Source: an uncultured Candidatus Rokubacteria bacterium
GTDB lineage: Bacteria > Methylomirabilota > Methylomirabilia > Rokubacteriales > DASRDR01
Direction of reading: 5' to 3'
Length of the DNA stretch: 64,000 bases
Assembly: GCA_963708025.1 (NCBI GenBank)
Contig: CAVPSB010000019.1
Location: 96,001 to 160,000, forward strand
Made by a program: the position numbers and the translations under genes. The stretch's first letter is position 1, and each line of letters starts with the position of its first letter. Positions 18,575 through 28,787 of this stretch are shown piece by piece. The notes beneath the pieces were generated by a model. That model had not been told where the DNA came from. It did no database searches and saw only the letters and a program-made list of their open reading frames with translations.

Positions 18575-20956
18575 ATGGACGACCCGACCCGTCACGACTC
18601 GGCGACCGCCCTCGCCCGCACGCCGCTCTTCTCGCACCTCGGGCGGCTCGACCTCGCCCGGCTGGCCGGCGAGCTCGAGGAGCTGACATTCGCCAAGGGC
18701 GACGCCATCGTCCGCGAGGGCGACCCGCCGGACGGCTTCTACGTCATCAACTCGGGTCGGGTCGTCGTGGTGACCCGGGCCCCGGCCGGGAACGGCAGCC
18801 CGCTCTCGTGGCTGTCTCCCGGGGAGTGCTTCGGCGAGATCGCCCTCCTGACCGATTCGCCGCGGACCGCCACGGTGATGGCGGAGGCCGACACCACGGT
18901 CTGGCGGCTCTCGCGGGCGCGCTTCGAGGCGCTGCTCGGCCAGGAGCGGAGCATCGCCCAGAGCATCGAGCGGTCCCTGAGCCTACGGCTGGCGGCGACG
19001 AGTCACGAGGCGGGCGCGCTGCGGGCGCTCGTGGAGACGTTGCTCGCCCGCACGCTGAGCCCGGCGGCCAGCCGCCTCATGGCGGGCCTCCTCCGGCGCG
19101 AGACGTGGCCCCGCGAGGCGGTCGTGAGGGCGTGCGCGCAGGCGGCGGCGTCCGAGGCGCTGGCCGAGCTGGAGGCGTACCCGGGCTTCCTCCGCTCGGA
19201 CGGGTCGCGGCTGGTCGTCGATCGGACCTTCGCCGTGGTGGCGGGCGAGGCGACGAGCGAACCGGACTCCGTCTGGTGCGAGGCGGCCGCCGCCGAGCTG
19301 GTGGCGGCGGGCGACCCGGCCGGGGCGCTCGATCTCGAGCTCGAGGTCGGCGCCTTCGAGCGCGCGGCCCGCCGGCTCGCCGAGAACGAGGCGGCCCTGG
19401 CGGCCGTCGCGACCTCGGCGGACGTCCAGCGCTGGCTCGCCGCGGTCGGAGACCGCGAGCCGACGCTGGCCGATCGGCTCCAGGCCCTGCGCCGGCGCCT
19501 CGATGGGGGCGCCGCGCCGCCCCCGGTGACCAGCTCCCGGTCGCCGGTGTGGTCGTGGCGGGGGGCGCCCGGGGCCCGGGTGGTCGGCTCGGTGGCGGCC
19601 CTGGTCGTCTTCGGCCTCGGCTGGCTCCTTCCGGTGCCGGACGGGCTGGATCGGGCGGGTTTCGCGGCCCTGGCGTCGATTCTCGCCACGGTGCCCCTGC
19701 TGGTGTGCGCGGTCTTCCCGGACTACGTCGTGATGCTGCTGCTCCTGCTCGCCCTCGTGGTGCCCGGCTCCGTCCCCGGGGCGACGGTTCTGGCCGGGTT
19801 CGCGACGCCGGCCTGGATCATGATCCTGACGCTCCTGGCGGTGGGGAGCGCGATCTCCCGGTCGGGTCTCATGTTCCGGCTCGTGCTGCTGTCGCTCGAG
19901 CGCCTGCCGCGGGGCTTCGTGCCGCAGAGCCTGGTCCTCTGTCTCACGGGTGTCCTTCTGACGGCCGGGCTGACGAGCGGGGCGACCCGCATCGCGCTCG
20001 GCGTGCCGATCGCGCGCGGCATCGCCGACGCCATGGGATTCAAGCCGCGGAGCCCGGGGTCGGCCGCCCTCGGGCTCCTCACGTTCTTCTCCTTCCTCCA
20101 GATGGGCGAGCTGTTCATGACCGGCACCTTCACCGGGCTCGTGGTGCACGATCTGCTTCCGGTCGCGGTGCGGCGGGGCATCACCTGGTGGCGCTGGTTT
20201 TTCGTTTTGCTGCCGGTCTTCGTCCTGGTCTTCGCGCTCAACTACGCGACCATCCTCGCCATCTTCAAGCCCCACCGCCAGGCGCGCGTCAACCTGCGGG
20301 CGATCCACTTCCAGCACGCCCTCCTCGGTGGCGTCACGCGGAACGAGGTGTTGAGCGCCGTGGTGCTGGTCGCGCTCGTGGTCGGCTTCGCGACCCGGGA
20401 GCTCCACGGCCTCGCTCCCGCCTGGCTCGCGGTCGCGGCCTTTCTCCTCCTCTTCGCGCTCGGCGCCCTCGACCAGAGCGCCCTGCAGGGCGGCGGGACG
20501 CTCGGGCTCCTGGTGTACTCCGGCGTGATCCTGAGCCTCGGGCCGGTCTTCGCCGACCTGCACATCGACGCCTGGCTGGCCTCGCTCGTCGAGAGCGGCA
20601 TGCCCGCGCTCATTCAGAACCCCTATGGCTTCGTCCTCGTCGTCGCGCTGGCCGCCTTCCTCCTGCACTTCTTCGTGCCGTGGATGACGGCGACCACCCT
20701 CCTCGCGCTGGTGACGATGCCGCTGGCCCAGGCCCTGGGCTTCCACCCGTTCATCCCCGTCCTGGTGGCGCTGGTGGCCGGCGACCACACCGTGCTGCCG
20801 TACGTCAATTCCGGCTACGCGATCGTCTACTTCGCGAGCGAGGGCGAGCTCTTCAGCCATGCCCAGGCCCGGTGGCCGCTGGTGCTGGAAGCGCTCTACC
20901 GGATCGTGGCGCTTCTGGCGAGCGTGCCCGTGTGGAAGCTGGCCGGGCTCATGTGA
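18575..20956 (+). CDS. cNMP-binding domain fused to an SLC13/DASS-like permease
   Basis: REGD...FGEIALL..SPRTATV; C-terminal multi-TM region with a helical linker. Confidence 0.8.
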   Translation: MDDPTRHDSATALARTPLFSHLGRLDLARLAGELEELTFAKGDAIVREGDPPDGFYVINSGRVVVVTRAPAGNGSPLSWLSPGECFGEIALLTDSPRTATVMAEADTTVWRLSRARFEALLGQERSIAQSIERSLSLRLAATSHEAGALRALVETLLARTLSPAASRLMAGLLRRETWPREAVVRACAQAAASEALAELEAYPGFLRSDGSRLVVDRTFAVVAGEATSEPDSVWCEAAAAELVAAGDPAGALDLELEVGAFERAARRLAENEAALAAVATSADVQRWLAAVGDREPTLADRLQALRRRLDGGAAPPPVTSSRSPVWSWRGAPGARVVGSVAALVVFGLGWLLPVPDGLDRAGFAALASILATVPLLVCAVFPDYVVMLLLLLALVVPGSVPGATVLAGFATPAWIMILTLLAVGSAISRSGLMFRLVLLSLERLPRGFVPQSLVLCLTGVLLTAGLTSGATRIALGVPIARGIADAMGFKPRSPGSAALGLLTFFSFLQMGELFMTGTFTGLVVHDLLPVAVRRGITWWRWFFVLLPVFVLVFALNYATILAIFKPHRQARVNLRAIHFQHALLGGVTRNEVLSAVVLVALVVGFATRELHGLAPAWLAVAAFLLLFALGALDQSALQGGGTLGLLVYSGVILSLGPVFADLHIDAWLASLVESGMPALIQNPYGFVLVVALAAFLLHFFVPWMTATTLLALVTMPLAQALGFHPFIPVLVALVAGDHTVLPYVNSGYAIVYFASEGELFSHAQARWPLVLEALYRIVALLASVPVWKLAGLM

Positions 20957-20960
20957 CGAT

Positions 20961-21055
20961 CTCGGGGGGTCTTCCGAGACCCCCCCGATGCCCCCCCCCT
21001 CGGAGGCCGCGACTGTTGGACGGCCTCGGCCGGGCCGCGGCTCGAAGTGGAACAC
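20961..21055 (+). repeat. Palindromic repeat family A, copy 2
   Basis: Same flanks as copy 1, but the hairpin core reads TCTTCCGAGA; carries a GTTGGACGGCCTCGGCC insert. Confidence 0.75.
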
Positions 21056-21144
21056 CACGGCCGCGCGGCCAAGTCCTCGCGCTACGAGAAACCAATGGGC
21101 GGCGGGAATCGGACGTTGCCCGAAGGCCGTCCGCTTCGATTCGG

Positions 21145-21804
21145 TCAGACGGGGGCGGAGCTGCGGGCGGAGGTGGGACGGCCCGAGCTGAGACCTCCGG
21201 GCGAGCGGGGGCGCGAGATGTAGGCGTTGCCCCGGATCCAGAAGCGGAGCGGCAGGTCGGTGGCCCGCGTGATCCCGATCCGGGGCCCGGTGGCCACGTC
21301 GAGGTCGGCGCCATCGCCGGCTGCCGTGATGGTCAGCGGCCCGCGAGTGAGGTCGGCGCCGTTCTCGCGGAGCGTGATGGCGAGGGCCCGGGTGAGCTTC
21401 GCCGGCCCGTTGGCCAGGGCGGGGGAGCCGGGCGGCAGGCCGCGCCGGCGGGCCATCAGCTCCTCCCCGGCCACCGGCTCCAGCGCCCGGATCAGCACGC
21501 AGCCCGGCGTTCCCCGTCGGCCGGTGATGGCGTTCAGGCAGACGTGCATCCCGTAGGCGAGGAAGACGTAGGCAACGCCGCCGGGACCGAAGAAGAGGGC
21601 GTGGGAGGAGGGGCGGAAGGCGGCGTGCGAGGCCGCGTCCTCCGAGCCGAGGTACGCCTCCGTTTCGACGATCCGGCCCGCGGTCAGGGCCCCACCGAGC
21701 CTGGAGCGCAGGACCGAGCCCAGGAGGGCCCGGGCCACCTCGGCCGCTGGCCGCAGGTAGAACCGGCGGGGGAGCGGGTCGGCGCGGGCGCGGCGGGCGG
21801 TCAG
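21145..21804 (-). CDS. mpg: DNA-3-methyladenine glycosylase (AAG/MPG family)
   Basis: LPRRFY, GRIVETEAY, YGMHVCLN, VLIRALEP, NGPAKL, GPRIGI; frame stays open to a CTG overlapping the upstream stop. Confidence 0.9.
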   Translation of the reverse strand: MTARRARADPLPRRFYLRPAAEVARALLGSVLRSRLGGALTAGRIVETEAYLGSEDAASHAAFRPSSHALFFGPGGVAYVFLAYGMHVCLNAITGRRGTPGCVLIRALEPVAGEELMARRRGLPPGSPALANGPAKLTRALAITLRENGADLTRGPLTITAAGDGADLDVATGPRIGITRATDLPLRFWIRGNAYISRPRSPGGLSSGRPTSARSSAPV

Positions 21805-22361
21805 GGCCTGAACCGGCGGAGCAGCGCCTCCAGTTCGCCGGCCGTGTCCAGCCGGTGGCGCTCCAGCGTCTCGTACCGCTCGCGCAGCTCGCGACTCGCG
21901 CCGAGCGCGCTCTCGTGCTCGCGCTGGAGGGCCTGGTGGGCCGAGCGGAGGTCGGCCAGGGCCTGCGCGGCCTCGGCGTGCTCGCGCTGGAGAGCCTGGT
22001 GGGCCGAGCGGAGCTCGGCGAGGGCCTGGGCGGCGCCGGCGTGCTCGCGCTGGAGGGCCTGGTGGGCCGAGCGCAGCTCGGCGAGGGCCTGCGCGGCGCC
22101 GGCGTGCTCGCGCTGGAGAGCCTCGTGGGCCGGGCGCAGCTCGGCCAGGGCCTGCGCGGCCTCGGCGTGCTCGCGCCTCAGTCGCTCGTGGTCTTGCTGG
22201 CGATCATGCAGCTCTCCCTGAAGGGACTCGCAGCGTCCCCGCAACTGCTCGTGCTCGCCGGTGAGCTGATCGACCTGACGGATGAAGCCATCCCAGTCCG
22301 TCACGATCGACCGGACCATGTTGACGACCTCCCGAAGCGGTCCGACCCGGATCTCCTCCAT
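21801..22361 (-). CDS. Coiled-coil hypothetical protein with 21-aa tandem repeats
   Basis: RBS GGAGGAGG; unit QALQREHA(E/G)AAQALAELRSAH. Confidence 0.7.
   Translation of the reverse strand: MEEIRVGPLREVVNMVRSIVTDWDGFIRQVDQLTGEHEQLRGRCESLQGELHDRQQDHERLRREHAEAAQALAELRPAHEALQREHAGAAQALAELRSAHQALQREHAGAAQALAELRSAHQALQREHAEAAQALADLRSAHQALQREHESALGASRELRERYETLERHRLDTAGELEALLRRFRP
21915..22176. repeat. 63-bp tandem repeat, ~4 copies
   Basis: GTGCTCGCGC at 21915, 21978, 22041, 22104 and 22167. Confidence 0.9.
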
Positions 22362-22652
22362 CGCACCTCCTCCAGGGCTCGGGGAACGGGGCCGCCCGGA
22401 CCCGCCCGGGGCGGCGCGGCCATTGTACCCCGCGGCGCCGGGGCCCGGCGGCGCCGGTCGATTCGCGCTCACCCCCGGTCCGGGACCCGCGCCGCGCTCC
22501 CTCTCGCTCGGTCCTCCCGCAGCCGTCGAGGCACGGCGCTTGCTGAACAGGCCCGCCCGCCGGACGCGAACGCGAACTGGCGCGGGGCGTGGGACCGGAG
22601 GCGGCTACGGAGCGATACGCGACGTGCACGATCGGAGACGGGAGGAGGAGTC

Positions 22653-22952
22653 ATGCGGGCCATGCGTCGGGTGGTGACCGGGTGGGTGGCGGGGCTGCTC
22701 CTGGTTGGCGCGGCCGGGGCGGACCTGGCGGCCGCCGCGCTGCCGGGGACGGAGCGACGGGAGCCGGCTGGACTGGACGCCAAGGCGGCGCGGCGGCGCT
22801 GGGCGCTGGCCAGGATGGACGAGATGGACAACGAGCGTCTCCGCTGCCGGGCTCGCTTCACCAAGAAGCACGAGGTCGAGGCCTGCGAGGCGGACTACAC
22901 GCGCCGCTTCCGCCAGTACAACGAGATCTACCTGGAGGGTCTCCGCGACTGA
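22653..22952 (+). CDS. Small secreted hypothetical protein (two Cys)
   Basis: RBS GGAGGAGG; signal peptide; 99 aa. Confidence 0.65.
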   Translation: MRAMRRVVTGWVAGLLLVGAAGADLAAAALPGTERREPAGLDAKAARRRWALARMDEMDNERLRCRARFTKKHEVEACEADYTRRFRQYNEIYLEGLRD

Positions 22953-22956
22953 CGAT

Positions 22957-23985
22957 CTAGGTCAGGTCGACGAGGATCTTCATCACCGGCCCGCCGCCGA
23001 GCGCCTGCTCCATGCCGTCCTGAAGCCCCTCCAGCGGGATGCAGCGGCTGACGAGGGGCGCCAGCGGGACCGCGCCGGAGGCCCCGAGGCGGATCGCCTC
23101 CTCCCAGTCTTCCCGGGCGTAGAGCCGGCTGCCGTGCATGGACAGCTCGCGCGCGAACATGCGGTAGAGGTTCACCGGCACCGGCTCGGCGTGGATGGCG
23201 ACCAGGCTCACGGTTCCCCACACCCGGACGACCTCGGTCATCGCCCGGACGGCCGCCGGGTTGCCGGTGACCTCGAAGGCCACGTCCACACCCGCTCCGT
23301 CGGTCCAGTCCTCGGCGAAGCGGACCACGTCGGCGCCCGGGCCCACGGTCTGGAGCCCGAGCTTCTGGAGCATCTCCACGCGGAACGGGTTCACCTCGGC
23401 GACGGCCACCCGGGCGCCGCGGTGGCGGCCGACGAGCGCGATCAGCGTGCCGATCGGGCCGCCGCCGAACACCAGCACGGCGTCCCCGGCCTTCACTCCG
23501 GCGCGGCGGACGTCGTGGGTGGCGACAGCGAGGGGCTCGATGAGCGCTGCGTGATCATCGGAGAGGGCGTCGGGGATGCGGAGGAGCCGCTCCCCCGGCA
23601 CGGCCCAGTACTCCTGCAGCCCGCCCGGGAGGTCCACGCCGAGGACCTTCAGCTCGTAGCAGATGTAGGAGGCGCCCATCCGGCAGGCCCGGCATTTGCC
23701 GCAGAACTGGAGCGGCTCGACGACGACCCGGTCGCCGGCCTTGAAGTCGCTGTAGGCCGGGGCCTGGATCACCTCGGCGAACGTCTCGTGGCCGAGAATG
23801 CCGCCCTTCGGCACCCGGTGGTCCAGGTGGCCCTGGAAGATGTGGAGATCGGTGCCGCAGATGCCCACGCGGCGGACGCGGAGCAGCGCCTCCCGCTGGC
23901 CCGGCACCGGCACCGGCGCCGTCCCCGACTTGAAGCTCCGGGCGCCCTGGTAGAACGCCGCCCGCATCGTGCTCGATCGTGGCAT
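22957..23985 (-). CDS. Zinc-dependent (MDR) alcohol/sugar-acid dehydrogenase
   Basis: GICGTD, GHE, CGKCRAC...C, IEPLAV, GGGPIG. Confidence 0.92.
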   Translation of the reverse strand: MPRSSTMRAAFYQGARSFKSGTAPVPVPGQREALLRVRRVGICGTDLHIFQGHLDHRVPKGGILGHETFAEVIQAPAYSDFKAGDRVVVEPLQFCGKCRACRMGASYICYELKVLGVDLPGGLQEYWAVPGERLLRIPDALSDDHAALIEPLAVATHDVRRAGVKAGDAVLVFGGGPIGTLIALVGRHRGARVAVAEVNPFRVEMLQKLGLQTVGPGADVVRFAEDWTDGAGVDVAFEVTGNPAAVRAMTEVVRVWGTVSLVAIHAEPVPVNLYRMFARELSMHGSRLYAREDWEEAIRLGASGAVPLAPLVSRCIPLEGLQDGMEQALGGGPVMKILVDLT

Positions 23986-24011
23986 GTCCGGTCCTCCCGC
24001 TCGGGCAGATT

Positions 24012-24109
24012 GTTTGGGACCTCCCTGCCACCCCCCAGCCCCCCTCCCCAACCCGTTGGATGGCCTTCGGCCTTTGGCCGGGGGGAGGGGGGTGCCGGAG
24101 CGGCCGAGA
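24012..24109 (-). repeat. Repeat family C, copy 2
   Basis: Reverse match to 56391-56504, including the GGCCTTCGGCC hairpin. Confidence 0.75.
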
Positions 24110-24133
24110 GGCTGCCTGGAGGCATTCGTTCGG

Positions 24134-25168
24134 TCAGCCGACGCCCAGCTCCTTGCGCACCAGGCGGGCGCCGGCGGCCAGCGCGGCGATCTTGCCGTTG
24201 CACATCGCGCGCGGGCTCCAGCCGAAGCCGCAGTCGGGATTGACGACCAGCCGCTCGGCTGGCCACACCTTCAGCACCCGGCGAATCCGGTCGGCCACGT
24301 CCTCCGGCGTCTCGGGGTAGAAGCCCTTGACGTCGATGACCCCGGCGCCCAGCTCGCGCCCCTCGTTCGCGTAGGGCGCCCATAGGTCGAGCTCGGCCAT
24401 CTCGCGCCCGGCGAACTCGATGACGAACTGGTCCGCGTGCGCCTGGAGGAGACCGGGCAGGTACGGGCGGTAGCTGCGGTCGAAGCGCGAGCGGCCGAAG
24501 CGGTTCCCGAAGCAGACATGGAAGGCGAGCTTGGCCTTCACGCCCTCGGTCGCCTTGTTGTAGAGTCGCGCCATCTCCGGGCCGGTGACGTTCCCGCGGG
24601 CCGGCTCGTCGAGCTGGATGAGGTTGGCGCCGGCCGCGACCAGCCCCTTGAGCTCGTGATTGATGACTTCGGCGAAGCGCTCGGCCACGTGGACCACACC
24701 CTTGTAGATCTTGCCGGGGTGGATGCGGGAGCCGAAGGTGAGCGGGCCGGCGCAGGTCGCCTTGGTGGCCCGGGTCGTGTGGGCCTGGAGATACTGGAAC
24801 TCCTTGACGATCCCCAGTCCGCCCTCCGGCGTCTCGATGGGGCCGACCGCCTCGTAGCGGGTCTGCTGGTCGTAGCCCCAGGGCCCCACCTTCCGCCGGA
24901 CTGGGATGGCCTGGATCCCCTTGATGATGGCGTAGTAGGAGTCCACGTATCCGTCGAGCCGCCGCACCTCGCCGTCGGTGATGATGTCGAGGCCGGCCCG
25001 CTCCATGTCCCGGATGGCGGTGTCGGCCGCGTCGTCGAGCATCTCATCGAGGTCGGCCGGACCCAGATCGCCGGCCTCCCAGGCCTTGATGGCAACGTAC
25101 CACCAGCCGGGCTTCCCGTGGGAGCCGACGACGGTCGAGGGGATGAGGGGCCGCGGCGTCGCGGTCAT
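24134..25168 (-). CDS. Third MetE-like catalytic-domain protein
   Basis: STVVGSH, TDGEVRR, HVCFGN, IEF, NPDCG. Confidence 0.88.
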   Translation of the reverse strand: MTATPRPLIPSTVVGSHGKPGWWYVAIKAWEAGDLGPADLDEMLDDAADTAIRDMERAGLDIITDGEVRRLDGYVDSYYAIIKGIQAIPVRRKVGPWGYDQQTRYEAVGPIETPEGGLGIVKEFQYLQAHTTRATKATCAGPLTFGSRIHPGKIYKGVVHVAERFAEVINHELKGLVAAGANLIQLDEPARGNVTGPEMARLYNKATEGVKAKLAFHVCFGNRFGRSRFDRSYRPYLPGLLQAHADQFVIEFAGREMAELDLWAPYANEGRELGAGVIDVKGFYPETPEDVADRIRRVLKVWPAERLVVNPDCGFGWSPRAMCNGKIAALAAGARLVRKELGVG

Positions 25169-25216
25169 CGAGGGCTCTCCTTTGCGGGGTTCCGGGTTCG
25201 CGGTGGCGCGCGCTCG

Positions 25217-26050
25217 TTACTTGAATCGCTCGATGCCGGTGCCTCGGTAGAGGATCCGCGCCGAGCGCTCCATGATGGCCGCGTGGTAGGCGAAGGCCTC
25301 GGGGGAGGCGTCGGCGGCTGGGCGGCGCTCCGGCTCGAAGTGGCCGAACTCGTCCACCCCGCGGACCAGCATGGCGCTGTCGCCCTCCCCGGCCACCTGC
25401 CGGACGTGGGTCGGGAGGTAGCGGATGGCGAAGCCGATGCGCCGGTCGTCCGAGCGGTTCGGCAGCGAGCCGTGGAACATGCGCACGTGGTGCAGCGAGC
25501 TCTCGCCGGCCCGCAGCACGACGTCGACGGCCTGCGCCTCGTCGACCTCCACGGCGATCTCCTGGCCGCGGCTCAGCAGGTTGTGGGGCGCGAAGGTGTC
25601 GCGATGCGGCACCTGCTCGCGATGGGTCCCTGGGATCATGCGCATCGCGCCGCTCTCGACGGTGCTGTCGGTGATCGCGACCCAGGCGGTGACGACGTCG
25701 GGCTCGGAGAGCCCCCAGTACGTCGCGTCCTGGTGCCAGGAGACGTAGGCGGCGTCGCGCGGCTCCTTGACGAAGAAGCTCGAGCTCCAGACCAGGAGGT
25801 TGGGGCCGAGGATGTCCTCGACCGTGTCGAGGATGACCGGGTGGCGCACCAGCGCGTCGAGCCAGGTGAAGATGAGGTGCGGCTTGTGACGGAGCTCACC
25901 GCCGAGCGCCCCTCGCTGCTGCGTCGCCTCGAAGGCCTCGAGCCTCCGCCGGCACTCGCGGGCCTCGTCGGTGGAGAGCACCCGGACCGGGAAGTAGAAG
26001 CCGTCGCGGTGGTACCGCTCGACCGCGGCGGGGGACAGGCGCTTCGGCAC
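25217..26050 (-). CDS. Phytanoyl-CoA dioxygenase (PhyH) family Fe(II)/2OG dioxygenase
   Basis: WHQD, GAMRMIPGTH, FHGS..N.SDDRR. Confidence 0.9.
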   Translation of the reverse strand: MPKRLSPAAVERYHRDGFYFPVRVLSTDEARECRRRLEAFEATQQRGALGGELRHKPHLIFTWLDALVRHPVILDTVEDILGPNLLVWSSSFFVKEPRDAAYVSWHQDATYWGLSEPDVVTAWVAITDSTVESGAMRMIPGTHREQVPHRDTFAPHNLLSRGQEIAVEVDEAQAVDVVLRAGESSLHHVRMFHGSLPNRSDDRRIGFAIRYLPTHVRQVAGEGDSAMLVRGVDEFGHFEPERRPAADASPEAFAYHAAIMERSARILYRGTGIERFK

Positions 26051-26077
26051 GGTGGGCCTCCGTGTATGTGGTGGCGT

Positions 26078-26184
26078 CTAGTGCCGTTCCAACTTGTTCC
26101 AGCTAGTGCTTTCGAGCCATACGGCAAGGCCGTGCTTCAAGTATCGCTTGCCCATTGTGGCTCATGTATTTGGAACGGCACTAG
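26078..26184. mobile_element. MITE with perfect 15-bp terminal inverted repeats
   Basis: CTAGTGCCGTTCCAA ... TTGGAACGGCACTAG; 107 bp; AT-richer interior; no ORF. Confidence 0.8.
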
Positions 26185-26185
26185 C

Positions 26186-26941
26186 TTAGGAAGCGGGATC
26201 GTCCGGTGTCAAGCGGGCGGAGCGATCGGGCGGGGCGATGTCGCCTCCGATCACCCGGAGCACTGCCGGCTGGCCCGTGACCTCGCCGGGAGCGCCGTCG
26301 TAGATGACCTCACCGCGCTCGATGACGTAGAGGCGGCTGGCCTGGGCCGGCACGTGGTGGATGTTGGACTCCGCCAGGAGGATGCCGCAGCCGAGCCTGG
26401 CGATGGCCGCGATGCTCTCGCCGATGCGGGGGATGATCGCGGGCGACAGCCCCTCGAACGGCTCGTCGAGGAGCAGGAGGTCGGGATCCAGGGCCAGCGC
26501 CCGGGCGATCGACAGCATCTTGCGCTCGCCGCCCGACAGCCGCATCCCGCCCCGGCTGGCGTAGCCGCGAAGCTCGGGGAAAACGCCGTAGGCTCGCTCG
26601 ATCCGCTCCGGCGCCGGGCGCGCCGTCGGGCGCGTCCAGGTGGCGATCTCGATGTTCTCGGCCACCGACAGGTCGCCGAACACCCCACCGTCCTCTGGGG
26701 CGAAGGCGATGCCGAGCCGGGCGATCTCGTGGGTCCGCCGGCCGCCCAGCGGGCGCCCGCGGAACTCGATCCGTCCCGACGCTGGCCGGAGATAGCCCAT
26801 GATCGTGCGGAGCGTCGTCGTCTTGCCGGCGCCGTTCCGCCCGACCAGGCACACGAGGCGGCCGGGCTCGACCGCGAGCGTCACGTCGCGCAGGATGTGG
26901 CTCTGCTCGATGAAGACGTTGACGGACTCGAGGCGCAGCAT
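26186..26941 (-). CDS. Branched-chain-type ABC ATPase (LivF-like)
   Basis: GRNGAGKTT, LSGGE, LLLDEP. Confidence 0.9.
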   Translation of the reverse strand: MLRLESVNVFIEQSHILRDVTLAVEPGRLVCLVGRNGAGKTTTLRTIMGYLRPASGRIEFRGRPLGGRRTHEIARLGIAFAPEDGGVFGDLSVAENIEIATWTRPTARPAPERIERAYGVFPELRGYASRGGMRLSGGERKMLSIARALALDPDLLLLDEPFEGLSPAIIPRIGESIAAIARLGCGILLAESNIHHVPAQASRLYVIERGEVIYDGAPGEVTGQPAVLRVIGGDIAPPDRSARLTPDDPAS

Positions 26942-26960
26942 TCGATTCGGGTCCTCCCGC

Positions 26961-27812
<852 letters not shown>

Positions 27813-27839
27813 TGTAGGCGACCTCTGGCAACGGCAGGT

Positions 27840-28787
27840 TCAGGGCGCTGACCTCCGCTCCCGGACGGCCAGCCCGGCGAGTCCCCCCGGGGCCCAGATG
27901 ACCAGGACGGCCAGGATCGCCCCGAAGATGAGGCGCCAGTACGGCACGATCGACATGATCGTGTCCTGGAGGAAGATGAACACGAACGCCCCGAGCACCG
28001 GGCCGAAGAAGTGCCCGAAGCCGCCGAGGAGCGTCATGAACACGATGTTGCCGGAGTGGGTCCAGTAGGCGAGGGTCGGGTCCACGTTGCCGGTCGGCGG
28101 ACCGAGGAGCCCGCCGCCGACGGCCGCGTACACGGCCGAGATCAGGAAGGCGTACCAGCGGTAGCGGGTCACCGTGATGCCCAGGCTCTCGGCCTTGGCC
28201 GGGTTGTCGCGGACGGCGCGCAGGCAGAGCCCGAAGGGGGAGTGGACGATCCGCCACATCGCCAGGGCGGCCACCGCGAGGACGGCCAGCGAGTAGTAGT
28301 AGTAGGGGCCGATCAGCCAGGCGACCTTCGGCATGTCGTCCAGGCTCTGGCCGAGGAGCCACGGGCGGAGCACGCGCATTCCCTCGTCCCCACCGGTCAG
28401 CCGGTAGAACTTGAGCAGGAACGTGTAGAAGACCATGCCGAAGGCGAGGGTCAGCATGCCGAAGTAGATCTTGACGTAGCGGACGCAGAGGGCGCCCACC
28501 GGCGCCGCCAGCGCGGCGCCCAGGACGGCCGCCACGACCAGCATCACCTCGAAGGAGCGCACCGGGGTGTGGGTGGTGAGGACGGCGCCCGTGTAGGCGC
28601 CGATTCCGATGAAGAGCGCGTGGCCGAACGAGACGAGGCCCGTGTAGCCGAAGAGCAGGTTGAGCCCGAGGAGGATCACGGCGTACGCCATGAAGGGGAG
28701 CATGAGCGTCAGGTGGTACGCCGGGGCGACCAGCGGGAGGCCCACGAGGGTGGCCACGGCCCCGCCCAGGACGAGCGGACCCTTCAC
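27840..28787 (-). CDS. ABC permease (LivM-like)
   Basis: GYTGLVSFGH, LTGGDEG, SPFG..LRAVRDN. Confidence 0.9.
   Translation of the reverse strand: MKGPLVLGGAVATLVGLPLVAPAYHLTLMLPFMAYAVILLGLNLLFGYTGLVSFGHALFIGIGAYTGAVLTTHTPVRSFEVMLVVAAVLGAALAAPVGALCVRYVKIYFGMLTLAFGMVFYTFLLKFYRLTGGDEGMRVLRPWLLGQSLDDMPKVAWLIGPYYYYSLAVLAVAALAMWRIVHSPFGLCLRAVRDNPAKAESLGITVTRYRWYAFLISAVYAAVGGGLLGPPTGNVDPTLAYWTHSGNIVFMTLLGGFGHFFGPVLGAFVFIFLQDTIMSIVPYWRLIFGAILAVLVIWAPGGLAGLAVRERRSAP

Noticed and set aside
21915-22176. Regular repeats as a possible CRISPR array
   Set aside because: Contiguous in-frame coding units with no unique spacers and no cas genes
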